Assembly (NCBI GenBank): GCA_016717115.1
Contig: JADKGE010000001.1
Location: 508,584 to 572,583 of the forward strand
Direction: 5' to 3'
Source: Actinomycetota bacterium
GTDB lineage: Bacteria > Actinomycetota > Actinomycetes > S36-B12
DNA length: 64,000 bases
In this document: positions 52,484 to 62,260 of the stretch, piece after piece
Position numbering within the stretch: position 1 is the first letter of the stretch
How the letters are laid out: each line of letters opens with the position of its first letter
Program-made: the position numbers and the translations under genes
The notes under the pieces: generated by a model
What the model saw: the letters and a program-made list of their open reading frames with translations, nothing else
The model's database searches: none
Told to the model about the DNA's origin: nothing

Positions 52484-53867
52484 GGGCCGACGGGCGGCTG
52501 TTGCCCATCTCCGTGCGCGCCGTCACCCGGAAGCGGTACATGCCCGGGCGGGTGGGGAGGCGACACGAGAGGGTCGCCGCATCAGGCTCGGCTGGCAGAC
52601 CCGTGCACACGATGCGTCCCTTGTCGTCCTTCACCACGTACCGGATCACGACCGCCGACGATCGGCCGACGAGGGAGTCGAACACGATCTGCGGCATCCC
52701 CCTCGCTGACTCCTCGATGCGCGGCGCCGGCAGCCGAGGTGGCGGTGCGATGACGACCCGCCCGGACGCCCCAACGGGAAGCGCATCGCCCTCGTTCTCG
52801 GAGTTGCGACTGCGCACGGTGAAGCCGTGCGTCCCGTCGCGCAGATCGGCCACGGTGCATGTGGTCGCGGTGGCCTGGCAGGCCAGGACGCCGCGAGCAT
52901 CAAGGACGTCGTAGCCCACGATCGCCTCGGCGGACACGACCGGCGGCAGCCAGGAGACCGTCGCGGTGCGGTTGCGCGCAACGGCCAGGATGGACTGCGG
53001 TGCACCGGGAATCGTCGGATACCCCGCACTTGCAAGGGCGGAATTCAGCACCGGAAGGTAGCCCACGGCCGCCGCACTGATGCTCAGGAGATCCGACGAG
53101 GGCGGCTCCTGGCAGGCGCTGTTCGAGCCGACCTCGACGCCCAGCAGGAACGCGCTGGTGCCCTCCATGCGGAACACCGGGCTGCCGCTGTCACCCGGGC
53201 ACAGGCCCTTGGCCTCCGTCTGGTCGGTACTGAAGATCTGGCCGAGCAGTGAGCCCGGCCGATAGCCGGACAGGGGAAGGGAGATGGAATGCGGGCCCCT
53301 CGTCGGCGTCTTCGCCGCCACCAGGCCGTAGCCCACGTGCTCCACCTGGGAACCAGCCTTGGCCCAGCGCGCGAGGTCGAACTGCGTGGCCAGGCGGGTG
53401 AAGCCCGACGGCGCGAGATCGGCGTCGGGCTCGATCACCGCGAAGTCATTGGGTTGAACCAGTCGGCTGGTGTTGACGTATCCGTCGGCCTTCCACCACT
53501 GCCTGACGGCGACCGTTGCCGCGCCCTGCGGACCGGTGTCGCTGTAGACGCGCACCTCGGCGCCCGGCGGGAAGACGGCCACGGCATCCACCCGTCCATC
53601 CGTGCCCGCCGCTGTCAGGCAGTGGGCCGCAGTGATCAGGAGCCTTGGCCTCCACATGGCCGCGCTGCACAAGCCCACCCACTGGCCACCCTCGTTGACC
53701 GCGATGGCGACGACCCCCGGATTGCCGTCCGCGGGTGACCCGCCGTAGACCCGTAGGTCGCCGGGGTCCAGGCCGCGCGCGGCGGACGGTGCCGCGACAA
53801 GCGTGGCCACCGCCAGGACGGCACAGAGCGCGCCCGCGGCACGGTGGCGGCGCACGGGAGACAGCAC
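52458..53867 (-). CDS. secreted trypsin-like (S1) serine protease with C-terminal FN3/Ig-like domains
   Basis: ORF 52458..53867. It has a signal peptide and the catalytic triad context TAAHC, NDFAVIE and GDSGSP. Two beta-rich C-terminal modules follow (TVSWLPP...GFTVRSRN; RFRVTART). Confidence 0.88.
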   Translation of the reverse strand: MLSPVRRHRAAGALCAVLAVATLVAAPSAARGLDPGDLRVYGGSPADGNPGVVAIAVNEGGQWVGLCSAAMWRPRLLITAAHCLTAAGTDGRVDAVAVFPPGAEVRVYSDTGPQGAATVAVRQWWKADGYVNTSRLVQPNDFAVIEPDADLAPSGFTRLATQFDLARWAKAGSQVEHVGYGLVAAKTPTRGPHSISLPLSGYRPGSLLGQIFSTDQTEAKGLCPGDSGSPVFRMEGTSAFLLGVEVGSNSACQEPPSSDLLSISAAAVGYLPVLNSALASAGYPTIPGAPQSILAVARNRTATVSWLPPVVSAEAIVGYDVLDARGVLACQATATTCTVADLRDGTHGFTVRSRNSENEGDALPVGASGRVVIAPPPRLPAPRIEESARGMPQIVFDSLVGRSSAVVIRYVVKDDKGRIVCTGLPAEPDAATLSCRLPTRPGMYRFRVTARTEMGNSRPSALSPRFRVD

Positions 53868-54024
53868 GCCCCCATCACATCACGGGGCCGGCGGAATCGG
53901 CATCGCTGGGCATGGTCAACGAAAGGTGTATATGGAACAATTCCGGCACACAAGTCGGTGGTCCGGCTACTTCCTCGGGCACCGCCACGCGGCCTCGCGC
54001 GAGTCAACGACGAAGGGCACGCCC

Positions 54025-54918
54025 ATGAAGACACCACTGCTGGTCGGCGCCGCGGCGCTGGCCCTGGCGGCCGCCGGCGCGGTCGGCACTCCCAGCAACG
54101 CCACCAGCCTCGTCCCGCTGGCTGCCCAGCCGGCGGTGGTGACCATCTCCGTCCAGGGCGATCAGGCGATGGTCAGCCCGAGCACGGTCCGCCCGGGAGT
54201 CGTGGAGTTCCGGGTCGGTGACACGTTCACCATCCCCGGTCCGGAGGGCGGGCCCGACCAGCTGTCGGTGCTCGCCACCGACCAGCTCGACGTGATCCTC
54301 GCGGCACTGCCGGCGGTCTTCGGCGGGGACCCGACCGACCCTGCAGTGGCCGCGGGCGCGGCGCAGGCGATGCGCACGATCCACGGCGCCGGCACGTTCT
54401 ACGGCGGCGCCAACAAGGGCATGTCCTGGCAGGTCACCTTGCCGGCCGGGAACTTCACGGTCATGGGGGTCCAGTCGACAGCGATGGGGATGGCCAAGCC
54501 GGCGACGTTCACGGTCGCGGGCGAGCCCCGACAGGGCGCGCTGCACGCCACGCAGGCGACCGTGCGGGCCATCGGCCCAGTCGGCAACAACAAGTGGGCC
54601 TTCACCCAGAGGGGCAGCCAGCCGATCGAGTGGCTGAGATTCGCCAACTCGGCCAAGGAGCTCCACTTCCTGGACATGTCCGGCGTCAAGCCCTCGACGA
54701 CCCCGGCGATGGTGCGCAAGGCCCTGCAGAGCAACGGGAATCCGAAGTTCTTCACCGGGCAGAGCCTGAGCTTCGACGTGATCTCCCCTGGGGTCACCGT
54801 TGCGATCAAGGGTCCGGTCGACGCTGGCCGATACCTGCTGGACTGCTTCATCCCGAGCGAGACCGACGGCATGCCGCATGCGCTGATGGGCATGTGGAAG
54901 CTCGTCGACGTCAAGTAG
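54025..54918 (+). CDS. secreted two-domain cupredoxin-like protein (putative copper-binding)
   Basis: In the frame of ORF 53803..54918, starting at ATG 54025 after GAAGGG. It has a signal peptide. The C-terminal loop LLDCFIPSETDGMPHALMGMW resembles a type-1 copper Cys-His-Met loop, with an upstream His in ELHFLDM. Confidence 0.6.
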   Translation: MKTPLLVGAAALALAAAGAVGTPSNATSLVPLAAQPAVVTISVQGDQAMVSPSTVRPGVVEFRVGDTFTIPGPEGGPDQLSVLATDQLDVILAALPAVFGGDPTDPAVAAGAAQAMRTIHGAGTFYGGANKGMSWQVTLPAGNFTVMGVQSTAMGMAKPATFTVAGEPRQGALHATQATVRAIGPVGNNKWAFTQRGSQPIEWLRFANSAKELHFLDMSGVKPSTTPAMVRKALQSNGNPKFFTGQSLSFDVISPGVTVAIKGPVDAGRYLLDCFIPSETDGMPHALMGMWKLVDVK

Positions 54919-54924
54919 GCGGAC

Positions 54925-56502
54925 GTGAGGTCCCGACGGCTCGTCGCGGCAGCGGCGGTCGCCGTCGGGATCGTCATGGCGGGATCCACCCTGGCGATGG
55001 CAGTGTCGGTGGCCGGTCACGAGGTATCCGGCAGCCTGCCCACCACCGTCGCTCCGGCGGCTAGGGCCTGCGCATCGGTGCTGCCGGAGGCGCGCCGCGA
55101 GCAGTGCGAGCGCAGCCTGCTCCCGCCGACGTTCTCGATGATGCGGCTCGGGTACGGGGAGTTCGGAGGTGGCCCGGGCGGCCACGCGCACGCGGGCATC
55201 GGGGTCGACCTCCTGCGCGGCCCGGCAGGGGCGCCCACCGCACAGTTCACGCTGAGGGCCGCCATGGGAGTGCAGCGGATCGGTCAGTTCGAGCAGTCGG
55301 TCATGACCTTCAACGGGACGACCCCGGGTCCGGTGCTCACCGTCACGCAGGGCGACCTGATCGAGGTCCGCCTTGAGAACGCGGACGTCGTGGAAGGTGT
55401 CACGATCCACTGGCACGGCGTCGACGTGCCCGCAGGGGACGACGGCGTCGCTGGAGTCACCCAGGACGCGGTGCTGCCCGGTGACTCGTTCGTCTACCGA
55501 TTCGTCGTCCCCGACGCGGGCACCTACTGGTACCACTCTCATCAGGACTCTGCGCGTGAGGTGCGCAAGGGCCTGTTCGGCGCCCTCGTCGTCCTGCCGC
55601 GGCAGTCCGAGCCCGAGCCGACGATTCGTGACGCCGCCGACATGGTCGCCGTCGTGCACACGTACGGAACCACGACGACGCTGAACGGCCGGCCCGAGGC
55701 CACGATCGTGCCGGCACCGGCAGGCGGCGTGGCTCGTGTGCGCTTCATCAACGCGAACAACGGTCCCGCCCTCGTGTCGACGACGGTGCCCTTCAAGGTG
55801 ATCTCGATCGACGGGACCGACCTGAGCGGCGCCACCGACGTGAACGACACCTACGTCGACATCCCGGCAGGAGGACGAGCGGACCTGCTGGTGCCGATCA
55901 CGGACGCGCCTGTACGCGTGGGCGTCCTGTTCGGTCCCTCCCTCGTGATCGGACCCACCGACACGACGCCGCCAGATCTGTCGGCGCGAACGAGGTTCGA
56001 CCCGCTCGTCTACGGAACACCCGGCACTGGGGCCGCCGCCGCCGCGGCCCTCGGGACCATCAATCGCGACTTCCCCTACCGGGTGGGGTCGCGCAAGGGC
56101 TACCTCGACGGGCGGCCCGGCACGTGGTTCACGATCAACGCGGGGATCGTCCCGAACGTTCCCATGTTCATGGTGCGTCAGGGCGACGTGGTGCGGTTCC
56201 GGATCACCAACGCCACGGGGGCCGTCCATCCGATGCACCTGCACGGGCACCACGCACTCGTCGTGTCGCGCGACGGCACCGCCTCGCGAGGCGCGCCATG
56301 GTGGGTCGACTCCCTTGAGGTCGACCCCGGGCAGACCTACGTGCTCCTGCTTCGCGCCGACAACCCCGGCATGTGGATGTTCCACTGCCACAACCTCCCG
56401 CATGCGCGAGCCGGACTCATGACGCACCTCGGCTACGAGGGGGTGAGCACGCCGTTCCTCGTCGGCCGCGTCAACGACCGCCTGACCAATCACCCCGAGT
56501 GA
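54925..56502 (+). CDS. multicopper oxidase with twin-arginine signal
   Basis: ORF 54925..56502 (GTG). It has the Tat motif RSRRLVAAAAV. Copper motifs present: HWHG, WYHSH, HPMHLHGH, HCHNLPHARAGLM. Confidence 0.93.
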   Translation: MRSRRLVAAAAVAVGIVMAGSTLAMAVSVAGHEVSGSLPTTVAPAARACASVLPEARREQCERSLLPPTFSMMRLGYGEFGGGPGGHAHAGIGVDLLRGPAGAPTAQFTLRAAMGVQRIGQFEQSVMTFNGTTPGPVLTVTQGDLIEVRLENADVVEGVTIHWHGVDVPAGDDGVAGVTQDAVLPGDSFVYRFVVPDAGTYWYHSHQDSAREVRKGLFGALVVLPRQSEPEPTIRDAADMVAVVHTYGTTTTLNGRPEATIVPAPAGGVARVRFINANNGPALVSTTVPFKVISIDGTDLSGATDVNDTYVDIPAGGRADLLVPITDAPVRVGVLFGPSLVIGPTDTTPPDLSARTRFDPLVYGTPGTGAAAAAALGTINRDFPYRVGSRKGYLDGRPGTWFTINAGIVPNVPMFMVRQGDVVRFRITNATGAVHPMHLHGHHALVVSRDGTASRGAPWWVDSLEVDPGQTYVLLLRADNPGMWMFHCHNLPHARAGLMTHLGYEGVSTPFLVGRVNDRLTNHPE

Positions 56503-56524
56503 CCAATCGCGCCAGCCCTTTGCG

Positions 56525-56974
56525 CTACCGCTCCTCGAGGGCAGCAACCTGAGCGATACGCCGCACGTGTCGGGCTTCGCCCGAGAAGGGCTCGTCGACG
56601 AAGGCGTCAACGATCGCGATCGCATCGGCCTCCGAGTGCATGCGCGCGCCCACGCCGATGACGTTCGCGTCGTTGTGACGGCGCGCGAGCCGCGCCGTCT
56701 CCGGGCTCCACCCCAGCGCCGCGCGTACGCCGCGGACTTTGTTCGCGGCGATCTGCTCGCCGTTTCCCGAACCGCCGATGACGATGCCGAGACTGCCCGG
56801 ATCCGCCACGACGGATCGGGCTGCTGCGGCGCAGCACCCGGGATAGTCGTCGTCCTGGTCGAGTACCTCAGAACCATGGTCGACGACGTCGAACCCACGC
56901 TCCGAAAGGTGCTCGGAAAGCACCCGCTTCAGGTCGAGGCCGGCATGGTCCGCCGCGATGTGGAGCCGGGTCAC
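56525..56974 (-). CDS. rpiB: ribose-5-phosphate isomerase B
   Basis: The 3' end of ORF 56525..58144, starting at the GTG at 56974 (GTGA overlap with the SulP stop). VTRLHIAADHAGLDLK...GIVIGGSGNGEQIAANK...NDANVIGVGARM is typical RpiB/LacAB. Confidence 0.88.
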   Translation of the reverse strand: MTRLHIAADHAGLDLKRVLSEHLSERGFDVVDHGSEVLDQDDDYPGCCAAAARSVVADPGSLGIVIGGSGNGEQIAANKVRGVRAALGWSPETARLARRHNDANVIGVGARMHSEADAIAIVDAFVDEPFSGEARHVRRIAQVAALEER

Positions 56975-58692
56975 TTCTGCGGTTTCGACGCCGTCGGCGT
57001 GCGGTTCTGGAAGGCAGAAAGGGCGTCGGTCAGGTTGCCGAACATGTGTTCCGGTGCGATGCGGGTGTCGACCCCGTAGCTCTTGAGGGTGACGATCAGC
57101 GACGTGTCCGCTCGCGCAAGGGCCGGCGTGATGTGCCGTGCCTCGAGGTAGTCGAGGAGTCCGTCGAGCGCCTTGCCCGCCGAGTAGTCGACATCGTCGA
57201 GAGAGCCGGCGTCGAGTACGAGCCACTCCACCGGGGTCGGCGCCGTGTCGATGAGCTTCTCCACCTCGTCCACGAAGCGGTTGGCGTTGGCGTAGAACAA
57301 CTCGGCGTCGTATCGGAAGATGATGAGACCGGGTGCGCTCTCGAGGCCGGGCGCCGCCGCCGTGTACGTGGGCTCCCCGCTGGCGCTGACCCCGACGACG
57401 AAGTCCTTGGGCGAGTACTGGCGGCGGATGATGTTGAGGATCGAGACCACGATCGCGAGGATGATGCCCTGCTCGACACCCACGGCGCAGACCACGATCG
57501 CGGTGAGGATCGCGATGACGAACTCCCCGCGCCGTGCCCGCCCGATGATGCGCAGGCCCTTGATGTCGACGAGATCGACGCCGATGAGGAACACGATGGC
57601 CCCAAGCACCGCCTTGGGCATGTCGGCCAGGAGCCCGGTGAAGAACAGCACGACGAGCAGCACGATGAGCGACATGGTGAGGTTGGCCAGCTGGGTCCGT
57701 CCATGCTGCTCGTCGAGGATCTGCGTCTTCGTCGGCGACCCGTTGACGACGAACGTGCCGGAGAGCCCGGCTGCGAAGTTCGCTCCGGACAGGCCGACGA
57801 TGTCGCGGTTCACGTCGACGGGCTGGCCGTGCTTCATGGCGAAGCTGCGGGACGTGGCCGCGCTCTGGGCGATGATGAGGACGAAGCAGGAGAACGCGAT
57901 CGCCACGAGCGTCGCCATGTTCGACGACACGTCGTCCAGCGTGATGCCGGCCGGCAGGCCGATGGGCGGGAAGCCGCCCTGCACCGCACCGACGATCGCG
58001 ACACCGTCCGCCTGGGCGTCGATCGCCGCGGACACGATGATCGAGAGGACCACGGCGACGATGGCTCCGGGAACCTTGGGCAGGAACCTCTTGAAGCCCA
58101 GGATGATCGCGAGGGTGCCGAGGGCGAAGGCGAACGTCGGCCACGACAGGCTAGGGATCGACGTGATCATGGTCCACTGCTGCTGGAGCCACGAGCCGGA
58201 GCCCTTGGGGACGCCGAGCATGTCAGGTATCTGCCCCGAGAAGACCTGCACGCCGACGCCCGTGAGGAAGCCGACGAGCACCGAGGCGCTGAGGAAGTCG
58301 CCGAGGAACCCCAGGCGCAGGACGCGCGCGAGGATGAGCAGGAAGCCGCACATGAGCGCGATGACACTGCAGTAGGCCAGCCACTCCTGCGACCCCGGAG
58401 TCACCCCCGTGATGGCCGCCGCCCCGAGGCCGGCGGCGAGCAGGGCGGCGGTAGCGGAGTCCGCGCCGACGACGAGAAGGCGAGACGAGCCCAGCAGCAC
58501 GAACAGCATGGTCGGGAAGATCACGGTGTACAGGCCCGTCACGATGGGCGTCTGCGCGATGGAGGTGTAGCCCATCGTCTCGGGGATGGCCACGGCGGCC
58601 AGGGTGGCGCCCGCGACGATGTCGCCGCTGAGCCACGACCGCTGGTAGCCCCGCAGGGACATGGGCAGCAGCGACGCACGCGTCATGTGCAT
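56971..58692 (-). CDS. SulP-family anion transporter with C-terminal STAS domain
   Basis: ORF 56971..58788 trimmed to the ATG at 58692 after GGAGG. It has the SulP N-terminus (LSGDIVAGATLAAVAIPETMGYTSIA), a polytopic core and a STAS tail (FRYDAELFYANANRF). Confidence 0.9.
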   Translation of the reverse strand: MHMTRASLLPMSLRGYQRSWLSGDIVAGATLAAVAIPETMGYTSIAQTPIVTGLYTVIFPTMLFVLLGSSRLLVVGADSATAALLAAGLGAAAITGVTPGSQEWLAYCSVIALMCGFLLILARVLRLGFLGDFLSASVLVGFLTGVGVQVFSGQIPDMLGVPKGSGSWLQQQWTMITSIPSLSWPTFAFALGTLAIILGFKRFLPKVPGAIVAVVLSIIVSAAIDAQADGVAIVGAVQGGFPPIGLPAGITLDDVSSNMATLVAIAFSCFVLIIAQSAATSRSFAMKHGQPVDVNRDIVGLSGANFAAGLSGTFVVNGSPTKTQILDEQHGRTQLANLTMSLIVLLVVLFFTGLLADMPKAVLGAIVFLIGVDLVDIKGLRIIGRARRGEFVIAILTAIVVCAVGVEQGIILAIVVSILNIIRRQYSPKDFVVGVSASGEPTYTAAAPGLESAPGLIIFRYDAELFYANANRFVDEVEKLIDTAPTPVEWLVLDAGSLDDVDYSAGKALDGLLDYLEARHITPALARADTSLIVTLKSYGVDTRIAPEHMFGNLTDALSAFQNRTPTASKPQK

Positions 58693-58836
58693 GGGACCTC
58701 CGGAAGAGCCGACCACCGTGCTGGAACCGTACCGGCGGACGTCCCCGCCGTGGGGCATTCCACCTCTTCCCGCTCGGGCTGCCTGCACCCACGAGGCCCG
58801 CGTGACTTATGCGTACGACTGCCGCACGATGGGGAC

Positions 58837-60075
58837 ATGCAGCGTGCCGGCCGAATCACCATCGTGACGGTCGCCGTGCTTGCGAGCCTGCTCATGGCGA
58901 TCCCGCCGGTCGCCGCTGACCCCGGAAAGCAGCCCCGCATCGACACGCTCCTCCAGCGTCGACTGCACGACCCCCGCCTCGGCAGCAACGTCGCGATGAT
59001 CGTGATCGACGCCGACACCGGTGGGGTCCTCTCGAAGCATTCGGCTGACCGGCCCATGCACACTGCCTCGAACATGAAGATCGTCACCGCGGTCACGGCC
59101 CTCGCGGCGATGGGGCCGGACACGCGGTTCGTCACGCGCGTGCGGGCTGGCGCATCCGCCAAGGACGTCATCCTTCAAGGGGCAGGCGACCCCCTCCTGT
59201 CCAACGCCGACCTGAGCCTGCTGGCCTCGCGAACCGCCGAGCGGCTCACGCGTGGCGCCGCTGTCACAGTGCACGTCGACGGCGACCTGTTCCCGGCGCC
59301 CAGCAAGGGTCCGGGCTGGAAGCCGAACTACCTCGGCTACCAGGTGGCGGCCGTGCAGGCCCTCGCCCGACGAGGGGACCGTGGCCGGCAGCCCAGCCTG
59401 GCCGCCGCCACCGCCTTCACGTCGGCCCTGCGTGCCCGAGGCATCAAGGCGACCCTCGGCAGGAACGCGGACGCCGCACCCCATGCCGCCGTTCTGGCTC
59501 GGGTGCCAGGGCACACCGTGGCCAAGGCGGTGGGCGTCATGCTCAGCGAGTCGGAGAGCAACGTCGCGGAGGTGCTCTTTCGACACGTCGCCATCGCGGC
59601 GGGCCGCAAGCCGACCTGGGCCGGCGCGAGGAGGGCGGCGAGGGAGACCCTCGTCTCGCTCGGGCTCGACCCCACCGGGATGGTCCTCGCCGACGGCAGC
59701 GGACTCTCCCGCGACGTGCGCCTCACCCCCCGCTTCATCGTCGACGTGCTGAGAGTGGCGAAGGTGACCCAGCGCAAGCGCTTCGCGACGATGTTCGCGG
59801 CGAGCGCGATGCCGATCGCGGGTCGCACCGGCACCCTCACGACCCGCTACGGCAGGTACAGCACGTCACCGTCGTCCTGTGCCCGCGGTGACGTCCAGGC
59901 GAAGACCGGGACTCTCGTCGACACGATCGCCCTGTCCGGCGTGGCGAAGACGGCCGCCGGCGGACGACGTCTGTTCTCCATCATCGTGAACGACCGACCC
60001 ATGCGGTTCAGCGCGCTGTCCACGCGACGCGCCGTCGACGGACTCGCGGCGACGATCACCGGGTGCTGGCACTAG
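58837..60075 (+). CDS. dacB: D-alanyl-D-alanine carboxypeptidase/endopeptidase (PBP4, peptidase S13)
   Basis: The 3' part of ORF 57046..60075, starting at ATG 58837. It has a signal peptide and the motifs SxxK (ASNMK), SxN (SESNV) and KTG (AKTGTL). Confidence 0.85.
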   Translation: MQRAGRITIVTVAVLASLLMAIPPVAADPGKQPRIDTLLQRRLHDPRLGSNVAMIVIDADTGGVLSKHSADRPMHTASNMKIVTAVTALAAMGPDTRFVTRVRAGASAKDVILQGAGDPLLSNADLSLLASRTAERLTRGAAVTVHVDGDLFPAPSKGPGWKPNYLGYQVAAVQALARRGDRGRQPSLAAATAFTSALRARGIKATLGRNADAAPHAAVLARVPGHTVAKAVGVMLSESESNVAEVLFRHVAIAAGRKPTWAGARRAARETLVSLGLDPTGMVLADGSGLSRDVRLTPRFIVDVLRVAKVTQRKRFATMFAASAMPIAGRTGTLTTRYGRYSTSPSSCARGDVQAKTGTLVDTIALSGVAKTAAGGRRLFSIIVNDRPMRFSALSTRRAVDGLAATITGCWH

Positions 60076-60161
60076 CGAAACGCACGTGGCCTCACCCCTG
60101 CAATCGCGATGCCCCATGGGCTAGCGTGCTTGCAGAAGCGCTCCTCGAGGGAAGCGGTGAG

Positions 60162-62240
60162 ATGCCCGTGGACGATGTCATGAGCGACGCAGTGGCGTTC
60201 GTCGAGGACGGTGCCAGCCGGATCGATCGAATCCGTGCCGGCGGCCTCGACGTCTCCTCCCGTGCCGGCTTCCTGCTCGGCGCCTACTACACGGGCGCCT
60301 CGTACCAGCCCAACCTGCTGTCGCGCGGCACGCGGGACCAAGCGATCATCAGCGGCGTCGCGGCCGCCGTCGCCTACGGCTGGGGGGTCTCGGCCCACTC
60401 GTTCCTTCGATCGACCGCCAACCGCCTGCCGTTGGCCTCCCGCTCCCCTGTCGGCCGAGTCGTCGCCGGCGCGCTCGTCGATGCCACCGCCGCAGCCGCG
60501 GGACTGGCGGTGACGCGCGTCGTCCCGCCGCTGGAGCACGAATCGAACCGCCGGGCGCTGATCCGCCTGGCGGGAGTCGGGGCCGCTGCGGCCGGCACGG
60601 CCGGCCTGGGTGCGGATGGCCTCGAGGCCCTCCGCGGACACCCCGGAGCGCGCGGTGTCAGTGTCCTGTCTGCTCTCGCCACCCTCGCCGGCTCCTACGC
60701 CCTCACCCGACCGGGCACGGCCACCCGAGGATCGTTCGGACCCGGCGACGAGATCGCCCACGAGAACGTCGTTCGCGAGGTCTCGGTGCCCAAGGCCATC
60801 GCCTCGGGCGTCGGCATCACGGCGGTGCTGCTGGCCGCAGCCAGGGGCGAGACGCTCCTGAGCACCGCGGCGGCCCGCGCGGCGGCGAGAGTGCTGGGCG
60901 GATCGGCCGACGACCACCGGACGTTCGGCCGCATCACCGCGGTAGGCGCCCTGGCCGGCTTCGGCTGGGCAGCGGTCACGGCCGCCAACCATGTCCTGAC
61001 CAAGGTCGGCGTCGGCGTCGAACAGGCGCACGCCACCGCGCCCGACATCCCCGAGGTGACCGGCGGCCCGGAGTCACTTATCCCGTGGCAGGACCAGACC
61101 CGTGAGTCGCGTCGCTGGCTGTCCATGGTCCTTCGCCCCGAGACCATCTCCGAGGTCATGGCGGAACCGGCCAGGCAGCCCATCCGTGTGTACGCGGCGC
61201 TCGAAGCCGCCGTCACCGCCGAGGAGAGGGCGCAGCTCTTGCTCGACGAGATCGACCGCACGCATGCCCTCGAGCGCTCCGTCTTCGCCCTGTTCTCCCC
61301 CACCGGGTCCGGGTACGTCAACTACGTCGCGACCGAGACCCTCGAGTACCTCACCCGCGGCGACTGCGCGTCGGCCTGCATCCAGTACTCGGTGCTGCCG
61401 TCGGCCCTCTCGCTGACGAAGGTCGGCTACGCGGCCTCGCAGACGCGCATTCTCGTCAACGGCATCGTCGACCGGCTGATGGCGATGCCCGCCGACCAGC
61501 GGCCCAAGTTCTACCTGTTCGGCGAGAGCCTGGGCTCCCAGGTGAGCGAGGAGATGTTCCGCGGACAGGGCACCTCGGGGCCCGTGGGCATCGGCCTCGA
61601 CGCCGCCCTCTGGATCGGCACACCGGCATCGACCGTCTACCGACGCGAGCTGTGGGGCAACCGGACGGTGTCGGCGAAGCCGGAGGTCGGCCCGGGACCG
61701 TTCTACCTCCCGAGGGCGATCCGCGACTGGCGCTCGCTGCCCGCTCAGGAGAAGGCCAAGGTGCGCTTCCTTCTCCTGCAGAACGGTGACGACCCTGTGC
61801 CGAAGTTCGAGGCGCCATTGGTATGGAAGCGTCCCTCCTGGCTGGGTCCCACCGGCTCCCGCCCGCCCGGTGCGCCGCTGCACACCCGCTGGCTGCCTGT
61901 GGTCACGTTCGTCACCACCTTCATCGACCTGCAGAATGCGCTCGCCCCCACTCCCGGCGTCTTCCAGGAGGGTGGTCACGACTACCGGCGCGAGCTCCCC
62001 GGGGCGCTCCAGGCCGTCTACCAGCTCGACGCGACCGACGAACAGATGACCCGCGTCCAGGCGGCGCTCCGCGAGCGCGAACTGGTGTGGGAGGTTCGGC
62101 GGCAGTGGGACAGCGCGGAGGCCAAGCCGACGCCCAAGCGAGGCGAGGCGGAGGCGAAGGTGGAGTCCAAGCTCGCGACGTGGACCGGGCAGGAAGCCGA
62201 CCGGGACACCGTCGAACACGTCGTCGACACCGATATCTAG
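60162..62240 (+). CDS. membrane-anchored alpha/beta-hydrolase family protein (Abhydrolase_9-like)
   Basis: In the frame of ORF 60063..62240, starting at ATG 60162. The N-terminal half has several TM segments. The C-terminal half has the nucleophile elbow GESLGS and the motif LLLQNGDDPVPKF. Confidence 0.7.
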   Translation: MPVDDVMSDAVAFVEDGASRIDRIRAGGLDVSSRAGFLLGAYYTGASYQPNLLSRGTRDQAIISGVAAAVAYGWGVSAHSFLRSTANRLPLASRSPVGRVVAGALVDATAAAAGLAVTRVVPPLEHESNRRALIRLAGVGAAAAGTAGLGADGLEALRGHPGARGVSVLSALATLAGSYALTRPGTATRGSFGPGDEIAHENVVREVSVPKAIASGVGITAVLLAAARGETLLSTAAARAAARVLGGSADDHRTFGRITAVGALAGFGWAAVTAANHVLTKVGVGVEQAHATAPDIPEVTGGPESLIPWQDQTRESRRWLSMVLRPETISEVMAEPARQPIRVYAALEAAVTAEERAQLLLDEIDRTHALERSVFALFSPTGSGYVNYVATETLEYLTRGDCASACIQYSVLPSALSLTKVGYAASQTRILVNGIVDRLMAMPADQRPKFYLFGESLGSQVSEEMFRGQGTSGPVGIGLDAALWIGTPASTVYRRELWGNRTVSAKPEVGPGPFYLPRAIRDWRSLPAQEKAKVRFLLLQNGDDPVPKFEAPLVWKRPSWLGPTGSRPPGAPLHTRWLPVVTFVTTFIDLQNALAPTPGVFQEGGHDYRRELPGALQAVYQLDATDEQMTRVQAALRERELVWEVRRQWDSAEAKPTPKRGEAEAKVESKLATWTGQEADRDTVEHVVDTDI

Positions 62241-62260
62241 CGGCAGGCTCGCGAGACCGC

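Noticed and set aside
54004-56898. A 964-aa minus-strand ORF
   Set aside because: It is antisense to the cupredoxin-like and multicopper oxidase genes, which carry unambiguous copper motifs, and it has no recognisable domains. Only the region beyond 56525 overlaps a real minus-strand gene (rpiB), and that gene is in a different frame.
57046-58836. The 5' two-thirds of the 1009-aa plus-strand ORF 57046..60075
   Set aside because: It is antisense to the SulP transporter and its translation is an Asp/Glu/Arg/His-rich low-complexity string. The real gene (PBP4) starts at ATG 58837 with a signal peptide.
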